A stretch of DNA of 64,000 bases, taken from NCBI RefSeq assembly GCF_006345805.1, contig NC_043015.1, positions 18,972,001 through 19,036,000 on the forward strand, given 5' to 3'. How positions within the stretch are numbered: the first letter of the stretch is position 1; every line of letters starts with the position of its first letter. The position numbers and the translations under genes were made by a program. Shown here piece by piece: positions 52,218 through 64,000 of this stretch. The notes beneath the pieces were generated by a model. It saw only the letters and a program-made list of their open reading frames with translations, was not told the DNA's origin and searched no databases. This stretch comes from Octopus sinensis (lineage: Eukaryota).

Positions 52218-54289
52218 ACCGGAGTCATTCTTTCATTCTTGTTGCTTATTTTGATTATATATATATATATATATAATGTAATCTAATGTTGTAATTGTGA
52301 CACACTAAAGTAGTACATTCGAGTACATTGCATATTCGAGTGGTGAGCATACTTGCGCTTGTGACAGAGAGCAAGATATCAATTTTGGCATAGAACAGGG
52401 AACCTCAACGTTCATTTTGGTAATCGCTGGACGGGATCTTCACGCAACAAGAAGAAAGCATTTGGATTTGCCTCAAACGAGAAGAAAAACGGCGCTGTGG
52501 CCCTCGTCATTCAATGATTAACTCATAATTCTGCGAGTTCATGCTGTGCCGCAGATATGAGATTTGTGACATCTTGGAAAAAAATTGCTTATAAGAGGTT
52601 TTTTTTCTTCTTTTTTTCCGAAAGGTTTCCTTAAATGTTATATAAAGTTTTCATTTCCTTCCATGAAATATTTTCATCCTTAAAAATTCGAAATGTTATT
52701 TTATTTGTTTTCATTAAATTCGTTTTATTTATCAAAAAAGAACATTTTTAGAGGTTTTGCAATATTGTCAACACACGAAAATTGTGTCTTCCGATTTGTT
52801 GATAAGTGGTTAAAATTCAAACTTTTATGGTATACGCGTACTTTCTGCGCGCTCTTAGTCAACATAAATATGCATGCGTGCACGCATATCCACATATGCA
52901 AAACGTAAGACATAAAGAGATCACAAAGTTAAGGAAATATATTTTTAAAATAGCTCAAAAAAAGTACATGCTATCATAGAAGAAATTCAAGTGGAAATAT
53001 TAGAACACCAAACAACTTTATACGATTCCCCACTCCCAAATATTTGATCCTTTCACTTTTTTTACTCACTGACCATTTTATTTCTTCAACCGTTTGTTTT
53101 TATTTTACTTTTTTTTGTGCTTCCGGCTTCATCACTCATTTCAAATTATATCTTCGGTGAGTTAACTTGGGATTCCCAAACGACGATGTAACCTTTATTT
53201 AATTAAAGAATCTTCGGCTTGGTGAGTAGCTAGCTGAGTAACCCTCGTTGATGAATTAAAATTTTCCGTTCATATTTGTTTCTATTTGATTAGATGTATG
53301 GACCATTTTCGATGTAACAAATCGAAAGTTGTGATGTCCATATCTTCCCTCAATGATGTTGCTGGCTTCATGTTATTGACTCCCTAAATTTTGCTGTGTG
53401 CCTAACAGATTATTGTCTCTCTCTCTCTCTCCTATTCTGTACCCCTCTCTCTCTCTCACACACACATATATACAAGCACACTCATCCACAATTACACATT
53501 TCCCTTTAATCAGCTATTTAGCAAATTTGTTTCAGCATGTTTATTTTCCTTCATTTACATCTTATCTGTGAATTGAGATTTATTTCTAAAATACTAGACG
53601 AGGAAATCAACTGCACCATTCTGATTAGAAGAAAACTTTATTATATTGTTAATAGCTGTTCTTGCCCAGGATTACTTGATAGTGGACGTAGTTGCTGCTA
53701 TTGTGGTTTCTAAATTTTTATTGTTATTGTTTATTCTAGCCTTCGTTTTTCATTTTTCGTCGTGTAATGATGTAGTTTTATTGACATTCGTCACTTTTGT
53801 TATTGTTTGTCTTGCTTTTTGTTCCTTATTACTGCTGTTGCTTTTTATTGAACGTCATCATTGTTGATTGTAGCTGTTCATGAGGTTAAGTTTTTTTTAT
53901 CATTGTTGCTAGTTGTATTTTCAGATTATGTTTTGAGATTTTATTATTGTCTGTTGTTGCTATCGTTGTTAATGTCGATATAAAAGTGGTTGTTAACGAT
54001 TTGATTTTGTGATCGAAGTTTTGAAAGTTGTTGACACAGCATTAATATACTTGCTATTGTTGTTGATTATGTCTACGAATTTGTCGATATTGCTATCGTG
54101 GAAGCATTTTTTGTAACTCTTAATGATTTTGATACTGTTGTTAAAATTGCAGAAGTTAATTTTTTGATGCTGTAAAACTTTGTGGATACGTTATTATTAC
54201 TGCTGTGTATTCTAAAACCAGCTCCATTTGTAGTTTACTGAACACCTGGATGGGATCCACAAACCTATTGATTCAAATACACGCTCCCA

Positions 54290-54436
54290 CTCGTTTCCCT
54301 CTACCAAATTCATTTACAAAGCATTGGTCGACCCAGGACTATAGTTGAAGACATCCAAGGTGTCGTACAGTGAAACTAAACCCGAAACTACGTGGTTGGA
54401 ATGCGAGTTTCTTAACCATTTAGCTATGCCTGCACC
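54290..54436 (-). mobile_element. Diverged SINE family B
   Basis: ctaccaaattcatttacaaagcattggtcgacccaggactatagttgaagac...cccgaaactacgtggttgg is the reverse complement of the family B head and body. Confidence 0.6.
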
Positions 54437-54729
54437 TGTTTTGTTTAATTAAAAAAAACATTCCGTTAAACATCAACCCATACTTGACTATGTGAGGAGG
54501 GGACACTGAGTGTGGGCCCTAAGGTTCATCTCCCATACAGCAAATATTTCAGCATATCGTAAAATTTAATGTTTAAAATCAGCGGCTCAAGAACACTCGC
54601 CCACTATACTGATTCCTCTGACCTCAACTCAAACAATACTAGCTTGACTATCATCAATACCAACTCTAACAACATGACTCTCTTTTTTACTCTTCCTCTT
54701 TACCCCCTTTGCAAACACAAACACTCACG

Positions 54730-56850
54730 TGGACACACACATTGGATCTTTCCCATGTGAAAATCTCATCAGGCGACGAGAGCAACTAAAAAGATTGCTG
54801 CTCGGATGAGGTTACGGAGGAAGAATAATTCTCATCACTCTGTTCCACTTTGTATTCACCGACGCAAGTACGTGTCTCTTGACCCTGTACGGCCGATGAG
54901 TCCTCGATACGCTACCGGTGTTACCTCGTCCGTCCGCAATGTGAACGCCCTCGCTTTCGCTGCTGCATTCTCTCTCTGTCTCACATCCCTGTAGCATATG
55001 CGCTAGCTCGTACGCACTCGCTCCTCGCGCCCGTGCGCGTCGTCAGGTCCGTTCGTTCGTTGTTTCGCACACTTAAACTCTTCACTGCGTCTTGTTGTAG
55101 TTGTGGCTGCCGCCGCCGCCGCTGCCGGGACTGCGCCTCTGTTAACTCGTCCGAAGTAACGATGGACAAATTTCTTCAAGCGTCTGTAGGCCGTCCTAAG
55201 ACTGTCACGCACTTTAGTGCTAGTGGATGATTGGAACAACATCTTGGATGTACACAGGGACTGTGTGGGGCTAGCCGATACCAGAGAGGCATGAAATACC
55301 CTTGCAAACCCGCTCAGCCGTTTTTAGTTGTCTGACAAGTACCGAATGTATTTCCTGAATGCGCCATTTCGATCGTACCGTAATGGAATTTTATGTAAGT
55401 CAGTAGATAGTAGTAGCAGAAGCTGTCCCGTTTCTAAAGCGCTAGGTTACACAGATTACAAATTTGTAATATGTAAGGTCAACCTTAGATTTCATACGCA
55501 GGGACTCAGTTACTGGAAGGTGAAAGTGTCTTTCCTGAACATCAAGTTTACAGGGACCGGATTAGTGAATTTGGCGGGTGTTGTCGGAGACAATCGTCGA
55601 CAAAAAGTGGCGGCTCACTCTGAAAAGGCGATTAGAGTAGTTAGATATATAGAAGTGGTGATTGGGACAAGCGTCGCGACCGACGTGCTTGCAGAGAAAT
55701 TAGTCCTGAGATTAATTCTTCGATGCAAAGCACGAAGGCTGCGCTGTCAGAACCAAAGTATGACAGAGGTACAAACCCACAATTCGGTCTTTGTGAACCA
55801 CGATGAGCATGTGTTACTCGATTCCAGCAGCGTTTTTATCAGTGGCATTTTGCTCAAGTGTTCGGTTGGAGTGCATGATGAGCTACTCCAAAGGCCAGTC
55901 GCCTCTCTCAACAGAAAAGGCTGAGTGTTGTGAAGACCGATATCAGCCACTGAAATAAGGGAAGCCATGTCTGTCTTCACGAGGGGAAATCACCTGATTT
56001 GGATGGTCTGACCATTTGGATGTCAGACCAATTCGGAGACCTTTTAGCAGATGTCTACTGCAACTGGTAACAGGATGAGAGAATGCCCATTTCTGTGAGC
56101 TGAAAAAATGACTGAAGAGAGTGGGCCACAATGAAAATTTCGGTCCAAAACGCATAGTTTTTGGTTTAGGTGTTATGGAAGAGGTTGGCGCTTTAATCGA
56201 TGGTTGGATTGGCATGCTAAGGCTACCTGTTTCGATCTTATTTTCAGGGATTGGATCACTGCAATGTACAATGACATAGGCTTTGTGGTCAGGGTAAGTG
56301 GTCACTTAACGAAAGGTTCAGTATCATGCGCCCGGTTCCCCAAGGTTGTCCATTCTCGTTTCTTACATTTTTATTTCTAGTAAATCTAGGTCCATTGTGA
56401 AAACTAAGGACTTTGAGGGATATCCCACTAGAATAGGATGCGTATGATTTGAATCGGCATTAGCAGACAATGTTACCGTAGTAGCGTCGGATACCGAGCA
56501 CATCGAGGTAATCGGTGCCGCCCTAACGAAATTCAAGCCGGTAATAGGAGCAATAATTAGCAAGAGTAGCCAGCATCGTCCAAGTGAACGAGCTTAGTCT
56601 GAAAATGAGCTTTCAGCTTGGAGGTGGAGTGAACGGGGAGGACAATTGTGTAAGGGGTGACCATACTTTTCATGGGTTTCTAGGAATGTCCCTGAGAGGT
56701 CTCCCCTGTGTTGGATAATTTTCATAGATGAAATATTATCTCCTTGTTTTCTTGTAATTCTGTATACTTACAGAAACCCCTTTGTATTTTTCACATTTTT
56801 ACCAGTCCTTGTACTATTTACATATACCCTTGTAGCCTATAAAGAAACGA
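54730..56850 (+). mobile_element. Old, internally deleted Tx1-type ORF2 remnant with 3' end
   Basis: ttcttcaagcgtctg...gtcacgcactttagtgctagtgga (55172-55228) aligns with 58210-58265. Later RT pieces include a DNVTVV segment; ends ccttgtagcctataaagaaac. The 54730-54910 part is only weakly supported. Confidence 0.7.
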
Positions 56851-57060
56851 TTATTACCACCGCCTTAGCGAAGGTGGAGGTATTGTTTTCTGTCGTGTTT
56901 GTTGGTTTGTTCGAGGACAAGATATCTCAAGAACTACTGCGTAAATTCGAATGAAACTCTCAGGCATGTCTCACATCGTGGATAGCACGAACTGATTACA
57001 TTCTGTGATCGATTCTGTACCGGACAAGGATTCTGAATTATTTGTTATATTTACTTTACT
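56851..57060 (+). mobile_element. Possible non-autonomous Helentron/DINE-like fragment
   Basis: Begins ttattaccaccgccttagcgaaggtggaggtattgttttc with a short hairpin and a GTTT-rich stretch; by resemblance only. Confidence 0.3.
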
Positions 57061-57090
57061 TTCGAGTCTTTCTCTGATTATCTCCCTTGA

Positions 57091-57858
57091 AAGCACGCTC
57101 GTGGTTTCCACGTAAGTTATGGATCCACCAAACCAACACCAAACCCAGCACCAAGAAAGACAACAACAAAAAAGGAACAAGAAGAATCACCGACACCGTC
57201 ACCATCACCAACAGATACAGCAACACCACCGCTACCAGCAGAACCAACAATTTTTCGCCCTGCTGCTGAAGCAGACCCGACAGCCATCCCCTTTCCGGAT
57301 CAGGACAACTCGGATTGTGCGAGCACTGACACCGAGAAAGGTGAGTGGCACACAGTGCCTCCGAAGAAGAAGAAGTGGAAGAAGCAAAAAGACACACAGG
57401 GGAAGCACGAACAAATAGTGCTTCCCAACATCAACAACAACAACAACACACACTCACAACAACAAACAACAACATTTTCGACACCACTACTGCCACTGCC
57501 ACACACACCAACACACACAGACACGATTACAGCCATAAACACAAAAAATGAAAAACTAGTTTCATATATAAAAGACAACACAAGCACAAACATTACAGAT
57601 TTCATTATACCTACACACAACACACCACCAGCACACATTCTCACCATTAAAATTAACCAAAAAACATACAGTGACATAAAACACATATTCCCTAACGATG
57701 TCGGATCGCTAGGGAGAAGTTTCTCGAAGAATCTTTATAAGAATATTGTGGAAACACCCGTACAAAAGCACAAGGGATCCACCCCACCAACAACAACAGT
57801 AAGTAGAGCCTTTTTCTCCTTTTATCTTTTGTCACCTTTGAAACATGGCAAAACTTAG
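57091..57858 (+). pseudogene. Tx1 ORF1 C-terminal part (open for 256 codons, no start), overlapping the ORF2 ATG by 14 nt
   Basis: Stop-free frame after TGA at 57088-57090: Pro/Thr-rich region, then GEWHTVPPKKKKW, ending KHGKT*. Confidence 0.65.
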
Positions 57859-60800
57859 AATCAGTTGCTTGAATGTGAGAGGCCTCGGGTCACCTTGGAA
57901 ACAGGGTTACCTGTTAAACGACCTGAGGTTTCATGATGTGGATGTAGCAGCCATTAGTGAAACCAGGCTCTCCGACCCGCAGGAACTCGCAGCCCTTTTC
58001 GGCAGATACGAGATCTATCTCCGTGCCGGTCAGGAGTGGGCGGTGGTGGAACTGCGGTGTTATTTCGGAAGGGCCTGGACTTGAAAATAAGGACAGTCTT
58101 CCTGGATACGGAAGGTAAGTTGGTGGTCCTCGACGTAGACGGTAGTGACGGCGGTGCTTTCAGACTGCTGGCTGCCTACGCTCCAACAGGAGCAGGGCAG
58201 TCGGATTATTTCAAACGTCTGGAAGTTTTCCTGGGAACGTCACGCACTCTAGTGCTAGTTGGGGATTAGAACGCTGTCTTAGACGAACGTTTCGATCGGG
58301 TGGGTAGGGAGCATCTGATAGGAGAGGAGGGTGCAAGAGCCTCGCCAACCTACTCGGACGCTTTCTGCTGTCCGACAGGTTTCGACTAGACAAACCGAAT
58401 GTGCCAATGTGGACTTGGACCAATCGCATCGGGTCGTCTAGATCGTACTTAGATAGAGTGTTTTGTAGACCAGCGGATAAGGACAGCATGGGTGTCGACA
58501 ATTCCACCTAGTCGACTACACGGACCACAAATTCGTGATCTGTACGGTCGACTTAGATAGGCTACATAGACAGGGACCCGGCTATTGGAAGCTGAACGCG
58601 TCGTTAACGGCGTGCAAAGCTTACAGAGACCGGATTAGTTTACTAGTCAAGCGGGCGCTCACGGGTGCAATCATCAACAACAACAGGTGGTTTGCCCTCA
58701 AGAGAGCAATTAGAGTAGAGTCGATTAGGTTTAGTAAGACTCTAGCTATTGAACGTAGGAAGAGAGAGCGGGATTTAGTTAAGAAACTAGACAAGGCTCT
58801 TGAGACTGGCATCGCGACCGACGTGTTGGCGGCAAGGTTGGCCCTCGACCAACACTTTGACACCAAACACGAAAGCTGCGTTGTCAGAGCTAAGGCACGT
58901 TCGCTAAGCGGGGAGGGGACTAGAGCCGCTCGATGCGCCCGCGTGGCGGAGGCGAAGCGAGGCAACAAAGCAACCATTCGGTCTTTGGTGGACCAGAACG
59001 GGCGCGAGGTTACCGAACCGAAGCAGATGTGTGCGGTGTTTCAGCGGCACTTTGCTCAACTGTTTGGGACGAGCGGTGGAACGGACAACGGTACAGACTT
59101 CGGTGTGTACCTGGACGGCATACCGCAACTCTCGGACAGTGAGGCAGAGTGTTGCGAAGGACCGATATCTGCCTGGGAAGTGGAGGAAGCAATGAAGAGT
59201 TGCACGAGAGGTAGATCGCCGGGTTTGGATATTCTGCCCAACGAGCTTTACACTTCAATGCCAGACTTGTTTGCGGGCCTGTTGGCAAATGTCTGCTGCA
59301 ACTGGCAGCAAAACGGGAGAATTCCTGCTTTTGTCTGTCGAGGGGTGGTGGCTTTGCTAAAATGGACCCAAACAAGGGGGGCATTATAGGGAATTTTCGG
59401 CCCATCACTTTGCTCAATGCAGAGTTGAGGATTTTGGCCAAGGTGCTAGCCAAGAGATTGGCGCTTGTCGTGGACAAGCTGGTTGGCAAGACGCAGACAT
59501 GCGCCGTGCCGACCAGGTCGATACACGACAACCTCCATCTCATGCGCTACATCATAGAGAGGGTGGGTAACAACGCTGGCGTGGGTGGGGCTTTGATCAA
59601 TTTAGATCAGAGTAAAGCCTTCGACAGGGTCGACCATCGGTACCTGGCAGCTGTTCTCAAGGCAGCTGGTTTCGGTCCAGTCTTCCGCGGGTGTATCGCT
59701 GCTTTATACAGCAACATCTGCTCGGTGATACGGGTAAACGGTCACCTTTCGGAACCGTTCGACATCTCGCGTTCGGTCCGCCAAGGATGCCCTCTCTCTT
59801 CCCTCTTGTACATATTGACTCTCGAGCCATTACTGCGCAAGTTGGAGGCTTTGTGGGGTATCCCGCGCGATCTAGGAGGTGGAAATAGCGTGTCTGCCTA
59901 TGCCGACGACGTCACCGTGATGGTGTCGAGCCACAGGCACATTGACCTGATTAGCGAGACACTAAACGAGTACGAAGCGGTGACAGGGGCAAAGATCAAC
60001 GCGGAAAAGTCTGTTGGCTTGCAACTGGGCACCTGGAGATGCAAGCCCATGCCGTCCAACAGCGTCGTAGGGCGCTGGACAGACGGACCCGTTAAACTGC
60101 TCGGGGTCTGGTTCGGTCCGGACCTCCAGGTGGATAAAAACTGGGAAGAAGTGACGAGCAGGGTGGCACGTCTCACCCAGAAATGGGCCGAGAGGAAGCT
60201 GTCCCTGAAAGGTCGAGCGGAGGTGGCGAATACGTACATCGCATCCGTCATCTATTACCGCTTGACCATCGTCCCTTGTCCCGACCGCTGGTTGGCCAAG
60301 CTGGTACGCCTGCACTTCGACTTTTTGAGGAAGGGTCAGGTGCCACTGGTCAGGCGATCCATCTGCTGTCAACGACCGCTGAACGGAGGCCTTGGCATGC
60401 CGCGGTTACTGATGCGCAGACATGCGCTCAGCCTGCGATTTCTCAAGCGTTTCCTAGACGGTGAACAGGTGTGGTCGTCTTTTGTCAGACGCGACTTTCC
60501 GCAGCTCGTCTCTTTGACAGAGCTGCAGACCTGGATCAAACGTAGACCGAGAAAGGGAGCTTGGCACCTTGAGTGCCGTCAAGCTCTCTCCGCCCTCCAC
60601 CAGGCGGGCAATGCGATCGGTTTTAGTTCCACTCTAGCGTTCTATAGAGGGTTAGTGGAGGAAAACTGCGACGACGTTCTCGGGGAAACTCTAGGCGTTG
60701 ATGATAACGAACTGAGCGGTCTGTTCGGAAGGACTTTCGGGCTGGGGCCAATGGATAATTTCCAGAGGTCGCTCGCCCGGCAATGCTACCGAGGGGCTCT

Positions 60801-61270
60801 GCCTGTTCGGGATAAACTCTACCGGCACGAAAGTGCCGTCAGCCGGGCCGAGGTGTTGCCAGGACGACGAAACCGTTCTGCACGCACTCATCCAGTGCCC
60901 GAGAAATGCTGAACTATGGGTTTATGTCGAACAGCTACTGTCACGTATAGGACAGATCCGGCTATCAGCTGAATCCATAGTGAAGATTGCCCCGCCGACC
61001 TCCTTTAACAAGGAGGGCAAGGCCGTTTTCCTGTGCCTAGTGGCTGTGGCGAAAGAGGTTGTATGGTGGACCCGTTTGAAAGGGCTAAAGTCAGACACTT
61101 TCCTCTTTGGTCAAGGCCTCATCAACTTTTTCAAGTTTCACTTGAAAAGGAAGATGAGGTTAGAGAGGAGAGTGCTGTCTGATAGCAAGTTTTCTGATAG
61201 GTGGGTGAATTGTGAAAGAATGGCCAGTATAAACGGAGTCAATTCTGAGGTTTCGCCTGTAATGAAAAAA
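57845..61270 (+). pseudogene. Tx1 ORF2 (APE-RT-zf) with several frameshifts and one in-frame stop
   Basis: ORFs 57845-58084, 58036-58269, 58535-59389, 59362-60912 and 60833-61312 tile the polyprotein. Confidence 0.9.
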
Positions 61271-61992
61271 GGTATTATAAAAGGAGAAAGGGGCTTTCTA
61301 CCCCCCTTTTGACCAGGCTCCCGTTGGCTTTTATGGGTTTTTCCACATGAGACCTTTTCTTTTTTTCGAAGCATCTCCTCTATTGGGAGTATTGTAAATT
61401 GTTAAATATTTTCGTTGTTGTAAAGCTTCTTTAGAAAAACGGACAAAACCTTTTGTAACCTTTCGTCCTGTTTTGTCCCTTTATATTTTCTAATCATGTG
61501 TGCCAGCCCTTGTGGCCAATAAAAAGAATTAATTATTATTATTATTATTATTCACACACGAAGGGCTTTGCATTGTTTATACTTTCGTCGTTGATGTTAT
61601 TTGTTTCTCCCTCTCTTGTCTGTTGTGCTTGCTGAAGAGTGTTGTTGTTATTGGAACCATTGGTGTTTTGCAACAGATTCCTCGAGAGTTCCGTCTTTCT
61701 TAGATAGTGTGACGTATTCTGATTTGGTGACGCTCCTCACTTTCTCCCTCTCTCTCACATACGAGCGTCACCACATTCAGGCGTTTCTTTATGTTGACTA
61801 CAGATTAATTGTATTGACTTGTCCTCACAACTGGGGAACAAAACAACAAAAGAAGCTCACCAGTCGATAGCAATCAACCTGCTGTTCACGATGGCATAGA
61901 TTTTAAATGTGTAAACAAAAGTATTCTGCGTTATTTTTATAAAAATCACTGCGCAAGGTCAGCGTGGAATGCTAAGCTAATGGCCGTAATAA

Positions 61993-61993
61993 T

Positions 61994-62037
<44 letters not shown>

Positions 62038-62051
62038 CCATCATCATCATC

Positions 62052-62094
<43 letters not shown>

Positions 62095-62108
62095 TAACGA
62101 TAATGATG

Positions 62109-62148
<40 letters not shown>

Positions 62149-62175
62149 TAATAATAATAATAATAATAATAATAA
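61993..62175. repeat. (ATC)n(AAT)n microsatellite
   Basis: Direct reading. Confidence 0.95.
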
Positions 62176-62202
62176 CTAGCTGGACCCGTGAAAACTTCAC
62201 GG
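62176..62202 (-). mobile_element. Helitron-type 3' terminus (hairpin + CTAG)
   Basis: Minus strand ccgtgaa-gtt-ttcacgg-gtccag-CTAG|T; no 5' end identified. Confidence 0.5.
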
Positions 62203-62387
62203 AAAACATAAACAATATAAGCATCTGTAAATTGTGTGCTGGTGCCATGAGAAATATTACTATATTATGACTTAGAGAATATAGAAAGAAGTGTAAAACC
62301 GATAACTATATGGTGCTTATTCTCAGTTAAATTACGGGGATGCACACCAACATCGGTTGTTAGGCGATAGTGGTGAAGGAACAAACA

Positions 62388-62441
<54 letters not shown>

Positions 62442-62993
62442 CAACCAAATCCACTCACCAGACTTTGGTCGACTCCCTTTAAAGTATGGAGTTGAATTTC
62501 GTGTAGCCACCTGTCGGCAACTTTTCTCCCTCGCACATTTTGTAGTGGGTGTTACTCATTTTTCTAGGTTCTTTCCACAGCTATACCCCGTTCGAAATTT
62601 GCATTAGTTTTTGTATCCAAAAAAAAAAGAGGTGGGACTTGTTTGTAGTTTGTAGAGAAAACGTTAAACGTGCCTGGAAAAATGTCATGTTGTTTCCTCT
62701 ACCCCAACTAAAAGGCATGAAGAACTATCAAACAAGAGGAATAAGTACCGATGGTGGGGGAAAGAAGAGAGAACTAACACTCGATCCTACTAGAACTCCC
62801 AGAATGAAAACCTAAACACCCGAAAGACTTTCCCTCAATTCATTACTAAATGTATTTCCCTCTTCTTCATTGTTAAAAGTAAAGAAACTAGAAAAGATTG
62901 ATCGTATTTTAGTCTAACTGCTATTTTAAATGACTGATGCTTTCCTTTCTCTCTCTCTATCACTTCACTCCTTTTTTCTACGGTTAAGAGAGT

Positions 62994-63238
62994 GAAGGCG
63001 CGTGGCTCAATGGTTAAGGGTATTCAGCTCTCGATCGTAAAGTCATGAGTACGATTCCCAGCGGCGTTCTGTGTTCTTGAGCAAGGTACTGTACTTCAAC
63101 TTGCTGCAGTTCACTCAGCTGGCAAAAATGAGTTGTAGCTGTAATTCAAAGGAGCCAGCTTTGACACATTCTGTGTGAGACTACGTTATGGTATGCATGT
63201 CTGTGGAGAATTCGGCCACTTGCGTGTTAATTTTACGT
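62994..63238 (+). mobile_element. tRNA-derived SINE family C
   Basis: A-box-like tggctcaatggt, degenerate B box gagtacgattcc, central tgttcttgagcaagg...cactcagctggcaaaaatgagt block. Confidence 0.7.
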
Positions 63239-63418
63239 GATAATGAAAAATGAAAGTGACATCTAATATTTGCTGTAGTTATTTGTGTTTGACTATCAAC
63301 TTTTCTTTCGATCTGTGTATCTACTTTTCTTGTGATGTATGTATCAGCCTACTCTGAGAACACTTCGTCTCTGTTCCTCCTCTGTCTCGCTTTTAATTCA
63401 ACAATGTGTATATGTAGC

Positions 63419-63465
<47 letters not shown>

Positions 63466-63748
63466 TTTTCTTTCGATATATGCATCAGTCTACTCTGAAA
63501 ATACGGATAAACATTTAAAAATAAAAAAAGAACGTCATCTTCCTTTTAGACACCACACCACTCACCATCTCTCTCACTGTCTCTCTTTCTCTCTCATTTC
63601 CTCTCTGTCCCTTTCCTCTCTCCCACTTTGCCACTCACTTGAACTCTATCTCCTCTGGTTCCTCCTCTGTTTAACACTTTTTGTTTCTCTTTTTCTTTAT
63701 ACTTCTCCCTTCAACTGTAGAAAAGTAACAGTAACATCCACAACTATT

Positions 63749-63753
<5 letters not shown>

Positions 63754-63796
<43 letters not shown>

Positions 63797-63877
63797 GGGT
63801 GAGAGAATGTGTTTGAGAGAGAGAGAGGCAAACAGACAGACAAACAGACAGACAGACAGATAGACAGATAGATAGAC

Positions 63878-63960
<83 letters not shown>

Positions 63961-64000
63961 CAGATTTATTTATTGATTGATCGATTGATTGATTGATTGG
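63754..64000. repeat. Compound microsatellite (GA)n(GACA)n(GATA)n(GATT)n running to the window end
   Basis: Direct reading. Confidence 0.95.

Larger units (their letters stand above)
46155..52256 (+). mobile_element. Near full-length Penelope-like retroelement (RT + GIY-YIG) with direct terminal repeats, interrupted by a HERO-type insertion
   Basis: The ~100 bp repeat at 46155-46255 recurs at 52152-52256. N-terminus DIPLHSKDEY..LIHRTNEFIRRI.W; ADKTGNLY; RT QFDINNYYSSI, FDIPMCSSDS and GGLYRDDAL; CNCR...CP...C; VIY...YFG...LKRRLNNH. Ends in (TA)n. Confidence 0.9.
57091..61528 (+). mobile_element. Tx1-type L1-clade LINE retaining the ORF1 C-terminus, all of ORF2 and the 3' UTR, followed by (ATT)n
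   Basis: APE start MAKLRISCLNVRGL...ISETRL, YAPT and GD*N; RT ORF 59362-60912; C-terminus; 3' end tgtggccAATAAAaagaa. Confidence 0.95.

Noticed and set aside
54745-54775. Minus-strand CTGATGA-gattttcacatgg-GAAA
   Set aside because: The spacer cannot form stem II, and no stem III or cleavage triplet follows.

Overview
AT-rich, microsatellite-rich eukaryotic DNA made almost entirely of repeats. The tRNA-derived SINE families and compound (TA)/(TATG)/(TATC)/(AAT) tracts look like a coleoid cephalopod (Octopus-like) genome; this assignment is from recognition only and was not checked by search. I found no host gene, rRNA, true tRNA gene or CRISPR array. Most ORFs in the track are microsatellite artefacts or transposon fragments. 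Contents: a Helitron helicase fragment and a non-autonomous Helitron; six R4/Dong-type remnants; six Tx1-type L1-clade pieces (largest at 29.4-32.5 kb and 57.1-61.5 kb); an RTE 3' end with three C2H2 fingers; mariner, Tc1, pogo and P-like remnants; and many SINEs. The most informative region is 45-52.3 kb. A near full-length Penelope element (RT plus GIY-YIG, 46155-52256) is interrupted by an antisense, 5'-truncated HERO-type RLE retrotransposon (46643-49026). Two Penelope-associated hammerhead ribozymes with long stem II arms lie at 45245-45378 (-) and 52126-52217 (+). The HERO 3' UTR (46704-46815, -) contains the conserved hammerhead core nucleotides in a non-circularly permuted order, which is the top candidate in this window.
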